Of a DNA stretch of 64,000 nt, positions 32,601-44,807 are shown piece after piece. The DNA lies in the NCBI GenBank assembly GCA_001662655.1, contig KV460209.1; one strand, 5' to 3'. Made by a program: the position numbers and the translations under genes. The notes below the pieces were generated by a model that did not search any database, had not been told where the DNA came from, and was given only the letters and a program-made list of their open reading frames with translations. The first letter of the stretch is position 1; each line of letters begins with the position of its first letter. The stretch is from Pseudogymnoascus verrucosus (Eukaryota).

Positions 32601-35262
32601 AAAATGGGCTCTTGATGGCAATCGGCCGGCTAGTGAATTTGTCCGTATCCTCGGCATTGTCATTGCGGTCAGATTCTTTTGATCTTATACTTCCTCGAGA
32701 TGAAGCAGGCCGGTTGGTCGTCCTATCGAACCGAGAAGATGATGTCAAATGGCTAGCCATTGCGGAGGAGCTATCTTTCTGCGGAGTTGATGTTTGGGAT
32801 TGACTTGTGAGCCTGGCTGCATTAGCATGCTCAGTGTGTACTTCGGCAACAGCAGCTTTGGGGGCAGCTATCCCAAAGCCTCGGAATCCAAAACTGATCT
32901 GCCGCGAGACTTTGAACGGGCGTGCAAGGAGACTAGAGTGGGAGGTTGCTTGAGAGTTTGTGCTTGATATGCTGGTTTTGCGAGAAGTTGTACCCAGTAG
33001 CCCATTGTTATTTGTCTCTGGGATTGTTAGGGTTTGATTTTGCGCCTTTGGTATCTCGCGATGTGGTAATGGTGCAGATATCTTGCCATCGATGCTCTTC
33101 TTCTTTTCGTGGGTCTCATTTGACAGCTTCGGATATTTCTTCATGTCAAGCTTTGGTGATACTATCTTACTACGTCCTGGCTTGGAGACCACTGCGGCTT
33201 TCTCGTCAAAGGCCTCTAGTAACTCGAAAAAATCCTTCTCGGCAGTCGTAGATTTCTTGTCGACAACTGGCCTTGTTGGCCCATACAATGGATCCCCAAT
33301 TCCAGAAAATGGCTTTCTTGGTGCCTTCACAATGCTAGGTTCGTCGCCTTCGCTTCTTCCCAGTTGGCGGATGCGATCTGGCAGAGGTGGAACAGATATC
33401 TCAGTATTCTCCACATGACCGAGCATTTCTATTTCATACATCTTGCATCTGATCTGAAAATTCTTTCTCGGCTTCACAATACCTTTGCGACGATATGCTT
33501 TTGATATCTTACCACCCTGCTTAGCCAATAGTTCTTGGCTTGCTCCTGTCCAAAAGGAGACGTCTAGCCAGTGCGGAATAGCATAATTCCATTCTTCAGG
33601 GGCATTTTGAGGTGCAAGCGTGCTGAGGCGTTGTTGCAGTTCCGACGCCTTTGAAGGAGACAAGGATTCTTGCAGCGTGTTGAAGCTACCAAAGGCGGTG
33701 GTGCTTTGCCGCGGTGTACTGCTTTCACTGCCAATATCCTTCACTCGGAGTGATTCCTGGTATACATCAAACAAGGGGTTGCGATAGCGCAATAGGGGGA
33801 CTGAGTGCAGAGGAATCTTGGGGAGACAGACGAGATCAATTGCGATCCCGCTACCTATCAAAGAGTCTGTCGTAGCTTTCAGCTTCTCATAGTCCACTTC
33901 AAACAATCCCGCACAGGGCGTAATGATGACGATAGATATCCCTGTTCGGATAAGGTCGCGGTCGATGTAGTCAGAAGAGAATGAAGAAGATGCAAGATTT
34001 ATTGCTTCCAACAGGTTTCCATGGACAGCGAATGTTGGTTCTGCTTCCACTCGTGTACCAGGAACCGAGCCCATCGAGAAATCTCCAGTCGGTTGCTTCG
34101 AGCCATACTTGTTAAGTCGAAACATTGAGATATCGTGGCGAAAGAAATGAAATTCGACCTTCAGCTGATACAGGATTGTCGTCCATTCCCCACTTGCCAT
34201 TTCACTGACAACAACTCGATAGAAATCCTTGTACGGCTTCCTCGATCCAGTGGTATGATACCCCGTGTAGTATGAGTCGCCGCTCCCTTCCATGTCACTG
34301 GTAAGGCCCGTATCATACTCCACGCGGGTAAACAGGACAATGCTAACAAGGTGCTTTGCCTTGAGCGCCACCCACCTCTTGAATAGTGCCGGCAAAAATC
34401 CATTGACAACTTTTGTAAACACAATCTCTCCGGATCCTTCTGAATCAAAATCCCACATTTCTTTAGACATCTGAATAAATAGTACATATCGAGCAGATTC
34501 GCTCCGGAAGATGGGTTTTGTATTTGTTGAAAAGAACGCCGACTGGACTTTTCTCCCCGAAACATACACCGATGTTATCTGTGCCTTAATTGTGCCCATA
34601 AATACAAGCTTTTGTCCTTTATACACCGTCTTGTTGCTCAACTTCGCAAGTGTGAGTCGCCACATATCAGATCTCGACAGGTATTCGTCCTTGAAGGACA
34701 TTTCGACATGTGAAGCCGTCGTAATGGCAGCGGTTGTCGTCGTAACCAAAACATTGGATCTATGCTTGAATCCAAATACGTCGGCGACATGTTTAGCCAC
34801 TGATATTTCTAGATTGGGGTGCTTTGACGCGGTCTCCTTGTTCATCTCGCCCAATGTAAAGAGGTACTGCTTCTCGGCATCCTCCTGGGTATCCAGGCTT
34901 CCCTTGCTCGACCGCATGTCTGCGATGCTGGCATCTAATTGTTGGCTCGCCGCCAAGCTTCCGGGTTTCTTATCCAAGGCATCGTTCTTGAGCGGCACAA
35001 TGGCCATCAACTGGCCTAGCTTGTAGCGCCCGGCAGGCAAGAGAGTGTGGTTGAAGATAACCTCTTCCTTTGAAAATTTCTCATCATGGACCCACAGCAC
35101 GCATTGCCTCTCGACGGGCGCTTCATTGTGGCTAGGAGCAGTCGTCTTGGGCGGATTGACGGTCGCGCTTGGGAGGGGGTTGTTATCGTTACTGAGGCGG
35201 TGGGGCGGAATTGATGAGGGGCGAGCCGCAGCGCCCCGGCGCAATGAGGCTTGCGCACTCAT
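29662..35262 (-). CDS. IML1: Iml1/Sea1 (DEPDC5 orthologue; SEACIT/GATOR1 subunit)
   Basis: 1866-aa ORF; FRSESARYVLFIQMSKEMWDFD, YKDFYRVVV, GNLLEAINLA, MKWKSLCSPASVPLTT, DEP domain (NCFIGSDMTTWLL...FRDGQYFY), HNPDNCYHIRLDWMNVT. Confidence 0.96.
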   Translation of the reverse strand: MSAQASLRRGAAARPSSIPPHRLSNDNNPLPSATVNPPKTTAPSHNEAPVERQCVLWVHDEKFSKEEVIFNHTLLPAGRYKLGQLMAIVPLKNDALDKKPGSLAASQQLDASIADMRSSKGSLDTQEDAEKQYLFTLGEMNKETASKHPNLEISVAKHVADVFGFKHRSNVLVTTTTAAITTASHVEMSFKDEYLSRSDMWRLTLAKLSNKTVYKGQKLVFMGTIKAQITSVYVSGRKVQSAFFSTNTKPIFRSESARYVLFIQMSKEMWDFDSEGSGEIVFTKVVNGFLPALFKRWVALKAKHLVSIVLFTRVEYDTGLTSDMEGSGDSYYTGYHTTGSRKPYKDFYRVVVSEMASGEWTTILYQLKVEFHFFRHDISMFRLNKYGSKQPTGDFSMGSVPGTRVEAEPTFAVHGNLLEAINLASSSFSSDYIDRDLIRTGISIVIITPCAGLFEVDYEKLKATTDSLIGSGIAIDLVCLPKIPLHSVPLLRYRNPLFDVYQESLRVKDIGSESSTPRQSTTAFGSFNTLQESLSPSKASELQQRLSTLAPQNAPEEWNYAIPHWLDVSFWTGASQELLAKQGGKISKAYRRKGIVKPRKNFQIRCKMYEIEMLGHVENTEISVPPLPDRIRQLGRSEGDEPSIVKAPRKPFSGIGDPLYGPTRPVVDKKSTTAEKDFFELLEAFDEKAAVVSKPGRSKIVSPKLDMKKYPKLSNETHEKKKSIDGKISAPLPHREIPKAQNQTLTIPETNNNGLLGTTSRKTSISSTNSQATSHSSLLARPFKVSRQISFGFRGFGIAAPKAAVAEVHTEHANAARLTSQSQTSTPQKDSSSAMASHLTSSSRFDRTTNRPASSRGSIRSKESDRNDNAEDTDKFTSRPIAIKSPFSGFEANPQSQARSILGSLYEGGEVRDDDDLPTLQKLLSNDTIRTSKSKLLAGPASDFASLPQTVALSPWLNVLNPSNPTAADNDASQYKRWQHIFPGPVVTKAMKWKSLCSPASVPLTTEYFPTKVQLDTEFQQKPYNISQNIDEDMLEVPKTRGEFLRELVALRLSHGFQIVVGTAVAEAFGQKALKIANAFEDDHIAEDGTSIFLSMGNIIHQLSCVNGTEVEVNMFTRKSATFLQNENAETQNYKPAIRTYFDSDYACRDVALQKPLPEYNWNYVDSFIAGHNEDITDNLRYWRARFVLIPVERPAFLHRPKGEDTEEEIRLEGIKALTQMWQRHRYTPPSERRFQNLSSRRVKDPNPLDIWYQTQDPSVVIAAELETLPILETGEAQIKRGQLLSEKERFKKSNLNIGMLAEAIQAPVEKGGVRMQNRRWHFRLHYNCFIGSDMTTWLLENIEDIETREEAIEFGNMLMVNDEERRANTDSKEKEKDFGIFVHVEKRHPFRDGQYFYQVVGEHAKPRPETRTGWPFGPRRRDTKDPKDISVPTTPMTENAPKESPKPERTQANSINDENKSTDPGTEPPTPTARKPKVSLSNVMKYDVDPRKRSYRPERINLHYDRIHNPDNCYHIRLDWMNVTAKLIEDAIASWTLTADRYGLRLVEAPIAEACTISSSHPFRAPYHLKLALPPPEKQPPTDFDATSLAPISSPQKHYYQKAIMKKFNFVLDTEAAANFPTNVEVIYSWGKPNYAYSQYIHRSGTGFAQITDEGDFLLTSNKMFNSRTHIVRDNDRFVPPPRQQTPISSPMLRATMASPGLKPSPVAKPSAAVPTFAGKEKQGPDVAIKDDMERFCNDVEGLRRFYAEVWEKATTSAVMPTPPVFKAGAAGAREAAATAAGLVVDDANIPVLGLGPGLTWMGGNNGPIGSFRDARGELREGWGSFRDAGGFGSLRTPSFRRGSEHASDSGSGSNAPKGGEMAGG

Positions 35263-35873
35263 TGGTATATGGAAGCATTAATGGGCGGCCGGTATTATTT
35301 CATTGTCTAGTGATATCTGGTGAGGCGTGTCGTCGTTGCCCACAATGAGGCCGTCGCTCCCAGGTTTCTGCCGGTAGGCTAAGACATAAGGTTACAAGGG
35401 AGCTCTCACCGCCTTATCACTATGGTCACGTGATATCAACATGTTTTTCGGAAATATCAGTTGCAGTGCTACATCTGAAGTAAGTTATACATATATTAGA
35501 GTTTAATAAATCTATGGTCATAGCTAGTATAATAAATGATTAAATTAAATTTTGTATCAGTGGCTGTGTTGAATGGCTGGGAGGCTGCTAGATTTCCCTC
35601 CATGCTGCAAATTATCTCCAATTTTTCTAGTACGAAAGTAAATAAAAATTATTTACTTTATTTGTAAACCTACCCCGCGTTCAAGTTAATGATAATCATT
35701 TTAACGATCAACTTCGGATCCCATTCATAACTTTCCATCTGTTTGTAACTTCTATCGGGTTTAAATTGTGGATCTCGGTACGGCCCGAATACTATTCTCC
35801 TCATCTAGAGATTTTTGTTCTGACGCCATCAGCCAAAAGAAGCCTGACGCAGTGCACGGGCAATATTACTACA

Positions 35874-37115
35874 ATGTCTCAAGATACTGATGATCTCTCG
35901 AAAGAGATCGGGCTTATGAATCTCAACGAAAGTCACATGGATGGCTTGAGCATTTCCCTGAAACCCATCTGCGCTGGCATCCAGCGTATCCTCTCACCAG
36001 GCCTCGAGACCATCTCCACCTCGTCGTGGGCCTCAGTCGAGTCTTTGCTCCAGAGCACGGCGAAGAACATTTCATCCGTCTATGACACCCCTTCGGATAT
36101 CAAGGATGCTGCGGTGTACTTCTCTACCATCACCGAACGGATTCGGGCCTGGGCAAAAGACCTTCAACAGGCCATATCTGCGCTTCATTCTCCCGAAGAG
36201 AAACAAAAGCTAGTCTCCCTGCAAGTAGTAGAAAAGGTAGAAGCGGCCGAACGGTCTGCTAAGCTGGCTTCCACAATCAGTGGATCATGCCAGGTGCTAT
36301 TGGCAAACATGGGGAAGCGGACAGAGTGGGAGGTACAACACCCTATTGAAGCGGCTCAAGAGTTTGAGCTTCGCGAATATTCTCGGAGTTTATCAAGCTC
36401 GTTATTGCAATCGCAGGGTGGTAAGGCATTAAATGATATCCCGGGCGAGAAGTGGGCAGAAGCAGAGAGGCAGCTACGGAGTCTCGAAGATTACCTGAAG
36501 GAACACAAGATCCAGGCTGTCAGAATTCGAGAAACTAAAATGGACAAAGTAATGGTTGCCCTCCTCAAGGCCTTTGAACGTTTTGATGAGACTGGAATCA
36601 ACCGCCAGAAAGTCGACGTAGCCCGGGCGGAACGCATCTGGGGTCTAGTTGACAAGCTCGGGAGTGGCATGAGCTATTTACTCCAGGTCGATGCCAGGCG
36701 TCGTGAGGGCGAGGCCGTGCCCACCACCCGCTCAATTTTCCTCCTGAAATCCGCACCTCCAGCAAACATCAAGTACTCCGCATCGCCATCTGACTGGCTA
36801 GCGAAGCGGCTTTCTAAGTCTGCGGCGTATCTTGATGCGGTAGTTATTCAAGGCAACATTGCTGTCAACGATGAGCGGGGCTGGAGTGGGGTATTCCAAG
36901 AACTGTCTGCGCTGGAAGACTTGTTAGTTTCCGGGGTGACGTTGACGAATGCTAAGGAGTCGAAGATTGACGAGACGCTGAAAGCTATGGGAGAAAAGAT
37001 TCGGGGTCTGGAGGCTAATAGGAATGGGAAGGATGAAGGGGATCTGAGCCTTATGTATGTTAGTTGGGAGTTAGCCCTGAGGATAAGTGCCTACTTCAAC
37101 GAACTGGAGGCCTGA
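35874..37115 (+). CDS. Intronless hypothetical helical protein (~413 aa) with an internal repeat
   Basis: Long ORF from ATG 35874 (ACAATG context); two similar helical segments, LRSLEDYL...IRETKMDKVM and LSALEDLL...AKESKIDETL. Confidence 0.7.
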   Translation: MSQDTDDLSKEIGLMNLNESHMDGLSISLKPICAGIQRILSPGLETISTSSWASVESLLQSTAKNISSVYDTPSDIKDAAVYFSTITERIRAWAKDLQQAISALHSPEEKQKLVSLQVVEKVEAAERSAKLASTISGSCQVLLANMGKRTEWEVQHPIEAAQEFELREYSRSLSSSLLQSQGGKALNDIPGEKWAEAERQLRSLEDYLKEHKIQAVRIRETKMDKVMVALLKAFERFDETGINRQKVDVARAERIWGLVDKLGSGMSYLLQVDARRREGEAVPTTRSIFLLKSAPPANIKYSASPSDWLAKRLSKSAAYLDAVVIQGNIAVNDERGWSGVFQELSALEDLLVSGVTLTNAKESKIDETLKAMGEKIRGLEANRNGKDEGDLSLMYVSWELALRISAYFNELEA

Positions 37116-37619
37116 ACGGCCTCGTCCGAAGTATAATCCGACAAGGAATTGCCGCGGATGCCTCTATGATGGCATGCTTTCATACCAGGCAACGATATCA
37201 CGACCAGCAAGAGCGTAAGGACCTGGGCGTTCAAGCGCTACTAGTGGTGCCTTCACAACAAAGTATAGCGGGACAGAGGCGGGACTTTCAACGCAACATC
37301 CATACGAACCGGCCAAGGCGAATCCAGTTACGATCACGATAAGTACGAATAATTACTTCGGAATGAAAGGAAAAGGCCATGGATTTGCCACAATAGAGCA
37401 CCCAAACAAGAAGCATATAAGCGAAGGACAGCAGGTGTCATAAGTGGCACTACCCAAGCCAATAGGATAAATATAGTAGCTACAATATGTTCATTTGCTA
37501 CTCTCTATCAGTCTCCAGACAACGGTCCTTAGCAATAACCGGCCCCCCCCCCATCCTTTGGAATACCATCCTCAATAGTTGCAGTGTATCTGTTAGCTTC
37601 TTAAAATTAATAAGGGATT

Positions 37620-38848
37620 TTACAGCGGCTTCTGGCCATATACAGCGCCACTATATTCTCTTGTTAGCGTGATCCCTTTATCATGACGGACAACTTACAC
37701 CACATAGTATCCATGATTCTTCCTGTCTAGAAATGCCGCCTTTACCTGCGCCAAGTACACCTGGACATCTTCCAGCTTCCACTCCAGCACAGCTGTCAAC
37801 ATGTACATCGCCCAGCTCTCCATCCCCGATAGACAGAACAGCAGGCTCCACCTTCCCACCTCCTTCAATTTGGGGTCACTACTCCATGCTCCAATGGGAA
37901 CTTTATAGTTCCGTTGCACCACATTCGTAAACCCCGCATTCTCCATCAGCTCTTTAGTTTGGTCTAGAGTCCGGATAGACTTTCCGAGGAGGTCGCCAGC
38001 CTTGAAGAACGGCTTAGCCCATCCTGTCAAGATGTGGTCTTCGCCAACAGTTCCATCGTCCGAGACTATCTGAACATTGATTTCGACCTGCTCAATCCAG
38101 CCACCTGGTTTTAGCGTGCGGAACGCATCACCATACAACTTGGGCCAGTCGGAAATGGCCCCGAAGAGACAGCGTAAGTGCACGTAGTCGAATGTGCCAT
38201 CGTTGAACGTCCAGTCTAGCTGCGCATCGTCGAGCTCGAAGTGCAGGTTCGGCGGTACGAACGAGGGCTGGGTAGGAGACAGATCAGTGCCAATGACCTC
38301 CGCGGAGGGGAATTGGTCTGCGAAATCGATGGCCCAGATGCCTGTGCCTGTACCGATATCGATTGCCTTCTGCGGGTTGTCGCCAATGGGCGCTAGAAAT
38401 AGCCGGCCGTCGAAGAGGAGGGTGAACAGTTGGTGGCCAATGTCCATCGCCTCATTGGCGTCTTCATCGTTGGGACCCCAGTATTTTGTGTCATTGAAAT
38501 TATGGTATGTCCTGCCGTTCAAGACACGATAATCCCTAATGCTGTCCCGTATCGAGGTTGTGGAACTGGCGCTGGGGCAAATCAGTACGTGTAGCTAACA
38601 TCTCGTGGGCGCGCAAAGCTTACATGTCACTGCCAAAGCCAGAATCAATATCGCTCTCGTCGGATTCCTTGATCGGTCAGCCTGAGCTACAGCACATAGA
38701 ACTATAATACGAAGGCACCGACAATGGGAAGATGCTCATTCTCGAAATCTTGTGGAGCGGCGGCGGCAGCGGGTGGAGATGCCGCGGGTGGGGAATTAGC
38801 AGGTGGGGACGCTACAGGGCGAGACGTCCACGATCCTTCTTCCGCCAT
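37620..38848 (-). CDS. SAM-dependent methyltransferase (LaeA-like/Methyltransf_23 type)
   Basis: NGRTYH, YWGPNDE, IDIGTGTGIWAIDFADQFPSAEVIGTDLSPTQP, FDYVHLR, LKPGGWIEQVE; short 5' exons from ATG 38848; last exon ...VYGQKPL*. Confidence 0.92.
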
Positions 38849-39525
38849 GACTACTACTGTAAGAAGAGCGTAGAGCTACCACTTAGAGTGAGGTATTGGC
38901 GAGATGAAGAGATATAACGTGAATTATAGGTATTCCACTTCATTCGCTTCTTGGTGGACAGTAATTAAATGGAGGGGGATGGAAGATCGATTGCACATGG
39001 GGGCTGAGACACCTATTTCACACATGGGACTACTAGAGTCCCTGCATCTTCAACGGGCGCCAGTGCGGGGGACGGAGTAAAGCCCTGTTAATCCTCCAAC
39101 ATTCGGCCTTTCGGTATGTTGAAGCGGTTGATGCGGATGCAGGCAAGATATGCTCCTGTTAACATGGATGACGAAAAATACAAGGGCCGTCCCAATCACC
39201 CCCCGCTGTGATGCGCCGGCTATTTCTCGGTCGCGCCCGAACGCGCCGAATTAATGAGCCGTTGCGTGGCGGCACCAATGAGTTGCTTCGGATGCGAAAC
39301 GGCCACCACGCGTTGTGTTGGTTGCATTGGCTATCTATATGAATTTCTTCCGTGCTTGGACAAAATACTACGGCAAGGATGTCCTTCCTTGGATCAATAT
39401 ATGCATGTGAAAAGAAGAAAATGTATAGATTTCATGCCAAGATCCAACGCCAACCCTTCCAGAAATGACACACCAAAATAACGAGGTATCGTATCTCATC
39501 TGCCACCTATCGCTTGTCTGTTTAT

Positions 39526-41941
39526 TCAAAAATCCCCAGCACCCCTCACCCTGCGAACCGCCCCTGCAATCCCTTTGAACCAGCTGAACTTGCCTGGATC
39601 GGTGCCGATCGCGCCTTCAACCTCTTTACCCTCCGCATCTCTCCACACACCGTCTTCGTCAACCTTTCCATATATCCCTGTCCTCTGACACCTCCTCAGC
39701 CCATCAATCCAGTTGCCACAGACTTCTTTACTCTGGAGCATGACATTGATTTCTTGGCTGTGATACCAACTCTGCGAGTCCTGGTTTCCATTTCCTTGAA
39801 TCCCTATCTCCTCGTCGATGATCATCAGCTTGACGTGACAGCTCCGCTTCTTGGCCTTGGCAAGAATTGGCCGCGTCTGGTCGGCGCCAACATAGAAGTG
39901 ATAATGCAGATGCTTTAACCCCTCTGGCGAGAGCGATTGGTGCAATGCGTGTGAGATCATCTCATTGGTACCCCCTTGCATCGGGAGAAGTTCACCCTGT
40001 ATTAGTCAGTATATAGTTGTGATAGAGATTCGTCCGATCTGGGAGATCTTACAGCATCATTATAACCAATGCAAATGAATGCGAAAACATCAACGCCTCG
40101 CTCGCATGCGTTTAATATCTCCTTGAGAATAGGCTCTGCGTTTAGAGTCGGGCTTTGAATGTACACGTTCTTTTTCGCGTATCGTAATCCTGCCAACCAC
40201 GCCTCATTCTGTGGCGTAAATACGTCGTTGTTATTGGGGGTTCCGTATGGCGGCCTGTTGACCATTGCGATTGGGAATGGCTCATACACTGCATGAGGTA
40301 TGTAAGGCGTAAACTCATCACCAGCGGGAATTTCCTTAATTGAAGGAGGGAAGTCCTTGTTCTTGGTGTGGTTCAAGTGGGCGGCTGTAGCCTCCAAGCG
40401 AGTCAAGTTATCATTTGGGGATACTGATTGCTGCACACGGGCTACCTCACCAGCAATATCAATATCGTAGTGAGGGTCAGTTGACAAATGCTCGGGGAGA
40501 GGCCTGCCTTGTGGAGGCTGGCTGATAATGGAGCTTGGGAGAGAAGAGGATCCAGAACGTAAGTAAGAGTTGGTTATTGCATCCTTGCCGAACCTTTCTT
40601 GTTCGTTGTTTAATCCAGAGGGAGCGCCCTTGATATTAACGTCGTCAAGTGGAGACAAATGCGGGGCGTTAACTGCATGCTCAATAACATTTCGTGCTGG
40701 CGAAAGGTTGTAAGAAGCATCATTAGAAACGTTGGCTAACCGTTCGCCCTCGAGTACCCCGTCGTTTTCTCCTGGGATCAAGTTCGTAGAGTGGATTCTT
40801 CTTCTGTCGGCTGCTTCTAGCTGGCTAGAAGTGTTAGCCTCAGCCTCTGAAATGGCATTTGCTTGAATGCCAGCTTGATAAAACATCTCATGGTGGCTCG
40901 CTTCCCCGAAAGAGCCGATTCCACCTTGAACAGCTGGAGAATTGTAACTTGGCAATGGAGGTTCCAGCGCTTTGTGCCAGGAGATGAGAGCCATGTCGTA
41001 TAGCGAGTCGACGATTGGACCTTCCAGTTGAATCATCATCTCCATATTATCGTTATCCTGGATGTTGTTGCTCTGCAAAACAGCATACTTGCGATCAACT
41101 ACCATATACTTGCAGTGATACGTGCCTAACATTGGCTTGTGGTAGTTCATAACTTGAAGATCAATGTTAGGAATCTCCTCCGGCTTTGGGATGTTCACAG
41201 CGTCGCCTATAATTTATCAGCTTGGTTAATGAAAAGACCGAGCTCGCTTTACCTAGGTATTCCTTTTCAGAAACAATGTAATGTGGTTCAAATAGCTGCT
41301 TCGGGCTGCCTCTGTCATAGATAATCTTCATGACAATCCTTTCTCCACGCCTGCCAGCTCTCGCCGACAGCTCTTTCATCGCATTGGTAATGTACGAAGA
41401 TGCAACAGAGTTCTGCCAGTAGTTGGTGGCTAAATACACTTCCTTTTCTGCGCGAACAATCATGTTGCTCATGTGACGCATAATATCTGGCACGCTGCGT
41501 CCGTTAATTGCAGTTCAAGCAGTCTGGGGAAAAACATACACAGATATTATCGTCAATGGTACGACGCCACAGCTACCCATCAACGAAGGGCTAACCATAG
41601 CTGCAGTGATATCCTGATCCACAGGACCTAATGCATCGTGATAGATCTTTACCTTGATTAGATTATCGCCTTGAAAGAGAGAACGTGCGTACCTTTAAGA
41701 ATAGCTCACTTGGTTGTGAGGGACCCCAGTTTCCGCATTCTGCGGCCCGCTGTAGCTCTTCAGCGCTAATGCTATGCTCCTCGCTGTCTCCATCTGACCT
41801 TGCTGCACTCTTTGACGATGGCACATAACTACCATACAGTTGCTGCCATGCGTCCCCAGGCGCAAGGGTTGGGTTCTCTGCAAGAAGTGCAGATACGCTC
41901 TCCTTGCCTGTGCATAGCTTGTGCAAGCCATCAGAAACCAT
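39526..41941 (-). CDS. Phospholipase D/nuclease superfamily protein with two HKD motifs
   Basis: HCKYMVVD and HVKLMIID (HxKxxxxD), GNGNQDSQSWYHSQEIN; multi-exon from MVSDGLHKLC (41941). Confidence 0.88.
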
Positions 41942-43841
41942 AGTCGAGCTACTTCGGTTAGTCTTGTTCGTGTGAGTAGGTTTCGCGCCGATTCTCTTGG
42001 GCGGACGCAATGGGCCGTGTCGTGGAGTAGTGAGGGCGTTATATGGGAATATAACAAATAATTGGAGGAAGAACGAAACAATGGCTTGCAAATTTTGTGC
42101 GAATGTCATGACTTGTAAGATATATATCGAAATTAAAATATGGGATTCCCTTAAAACCCTTGATTTTGAAGACGGGGTGCTCACGAGGTATGACGATCAA
42201 TCAAAAAACAAGCTTTTGCCAAGGCGGTCCCTGGCAGAATGTGGGTCTATAACGCCAAAGACACGTCATTGAATCCCGCGTGCTAAAATTCGGGGAAGAA
42301 CTAATTATAATCCGTCCATTATTATCGTGTAGCCGCCACCTCAGAGGAACCCTTGATTATTCTGGTTATTGAGCTCAGGAGTTTCAAGGGCTCAAGTTTA
42401 ATCTAATTCTGCGGTAGCCTGCAACCTTCCATTACTTACCGGTCGTTCCTTCCGTCCGGAGTCCGCGGTTTGATCGACGGGTCGCTCTTTCCATTCTTGT
42501 CCGGTCGTCCCTCCCCTCTAGAGTTGGTCGTTCTTTCCCTTCGGAGTCGGCTAGCCAGCCGTGCCTTCCACTTGAAGACGGTCGCTACTTCCTTTGTTAA
42601 TGGGTTGCTCTTTCTATTCTTATCCGGTCGTTGCTTCCAATTAGAGTCGGGTAACCGTAGAAAGAGCGACCACACAGAGCAACATCGCTCCTGCCAGATG
42701 GGAGAATGCACAAACTTTTCACAAGTCCCCGCATTTACGTACAACAATAACACCTGTGAAGCTTCGAACTAAAGCCCAGCTCAATTGAAGGACTGTCAAT
42801 TTTGTTATTTGATATATGCTTCGTACTTTAACGGAATATCCTGCGAGTCGTGCTCCGGCCGAAGGGTTATACGGCCGTATGCCTCGTATATTTGCGGCTA
42901 ATAGGGTTTGATAGGCTTACGACAGGTTTCTTCGTGGGTGATGTCGGCGACCTTATACCACGTCTAGCCTCTGCATCCTCTTCGGCTCGCATGTTGGCGG
43001 CGTAGTTTATTTCTAATAATACATAAGTAGTGGGGTGGTAGACATTCCAGCCTTAATTAACAGTACCATCCCCCCTGGGAATTTCGTTGCGTTGGCGCAA
43101 AATAGCCCTTTGGGCAAGTTACCATGAGACTCGCAGATACGCAAATACACTTAAAGATCCGTTCTATAAGCTCAGCCATAAATCAAAGTTGCGCGGCCGT
43201 AACACTAATTTCTTACAGTTAACCCAAACGGGAATGTTACGGTTGCGCCAAGCTCTGCTTTGATAACCGCCCCCCACATTTTTTAAGGCCGTAATTCACG
43301 ACTCCCTGTTTCAGCCCTACTACCATCAATTCCCCAACACCCCCCTAAAAACCAGCCGCCTATCTACCAACGGTGTAGTTGCGCTTTCCACTGGCTAAGG
43401 CCATTGAAGCTTGGCCCCCTATCGTGTCTTTCCCAAATGAGTTGTTGACGTTCCTTTCGGGCCCGCCACGGACCCGGGCAGTGTTGGCGATTGCGACGCA
43501 ATCGCCTCAATACGCACCGTGGCTGGCCATTTCTCTCCACAATGTGATGGCATGCAATGTTTATTTTATTTCCATTGGCTGTGAGTGGAATTGCCGCGTT
43601 TTGTTATTTTAGAGTGAGATATTAGCGCCATATGGTAATGGAGCGTGCTGTAGCTGCCAAAGTACAAGAACCCGAGAGGGAACGATGGAGGTAGGCTTTA
43701 ATTTCAACACTCATCTCAAGTCATTCTCTTGTCAGTTTGAAAGCAGCACTCCATTTCTCTCACTCAATATATTCGGGTACATATAGGCAACGTCCTTCCC
43801 AATACTCCTTTCGAAACTCAGCAGCCAAATAAGCCACCATA

Positions 43842-44807
43842 ATGGCTTCTGACTTCCCCGAATCCGACAGGTTCCCCAACCAACCCATGGACCCTTCTCT
43901 CTGCACTTTCGACACCTGCCCGCTCTCCAGCTCGATCTTCAGATATCAGCCTAACCTCGCTATGGCAGTCGTCCCGCTAGCCCTCTTCGGCCTCCTCACC
44001 ATCGGCCACATAATTGCCGGCTGGCGCTACAAAACTTGGACCTACACGGTATCCATCCTAATCGGCCTCGCTCTAGAGCTCGCAGGCTATGTGGGCCGCA
44101 TCCTCGCCCACGGAAACCCGTTCCTAGATAACTACTATCTCCTACAGATTGTGGTTCTCACATGTGCTCCTGTCTTGTTCTGCGCCGCCATCTATATTTG
44201 CTTGGGCCGCATCGTGGTTATCTGTGGACCAGAAATGTCCAGGCTACGACCGGCATGGTACACACCTATATTCCTAACATGCGATGTCATCTCTCTTGCC
44301 CTCCAAGGTGCGGGTGGAGCTCTCACGTCCACTGCAAACGATGATGTTGGACGGCAGCAGGGCATTAATATCATGCTCGGCGGCCTGTCATTCCAGGTCG
44401 CGACTATTGCTATCTTCGGATTTCTCTTTCTCGAGTTCCTGTGGCGCACCCACGCATCGCACAAAGTCAGCAACGATTTCCAAAATGCCTCGCTGGCGCA
44501 GTCGAAGAAGTGGACAGCGTACCTGTGGTCGTTGGGCTCGGCAACATTATTGATTCTTATCCGTTCGATTTACAGAGTCGCCGAGATGGCCGGTGGTTAC
44601 GATGGAAAGCTTATGAAGGACGAGAACACGTTTTTGGTGTTTGAGGGGATACTGATTGTGATTGCGGTGATGTTGTTATTGGTATTCCATCCTGGAGCTG
44701 TGATGGATGGGTTTGGTGGTTCTGCCAAGTCGAAGGTGTCAGATAAGACGGCATATGGCAGCTCGGGCGAGGAAGGGGACTCGGAGATGAACCCTTTGCA
44801 CGTCTGA
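43842..44807 (+). CDS. RTA1-like membrane protein (lipid-translocating exporter family)
   Basis: Seven hydrophobic segments; ELAGYVGR, APVLFCAAIYICLGR, FLTCDVISLALQGAGG, IRSIYRVAEMAGG, FHPG. Confidence 0.93.
   Translation: MASDFPESDRFPNQPMDPSLCTFDTCPLSSSIFRYQPNLAMAVVPLALFGLLTIGHIIAGWRYKTWTYTVSILIGLALELAGYVGRILAHGNPFLDNYYLLQIVVLTCAPVLFCAAIYICLGRIVVICGPEMSRLRPAWYTPIFLTCDVISLALQGAGGALTSTANDDVGRQQGINIMLGGLSFQVATIAIFGFLFLEFLWRTHASHKVSNDFQNASLAQSKKWTAYLWSLGSATLLILIRSIYRVAEMAGGYDGKLMKDENTFLVFEGILIVIAVMLLLVFHPGAVMDGFGGSAKSKVSDKTAYGSSGEEGDSEMNPLHV

Noticed and set aside
42436..42753. Short ORF with a duplicated RPDKN(R/G)KS(N/D)P segment
   Set aside because: A single diverged ~60-bp duplication in intergenic DNA with no other coding evidence
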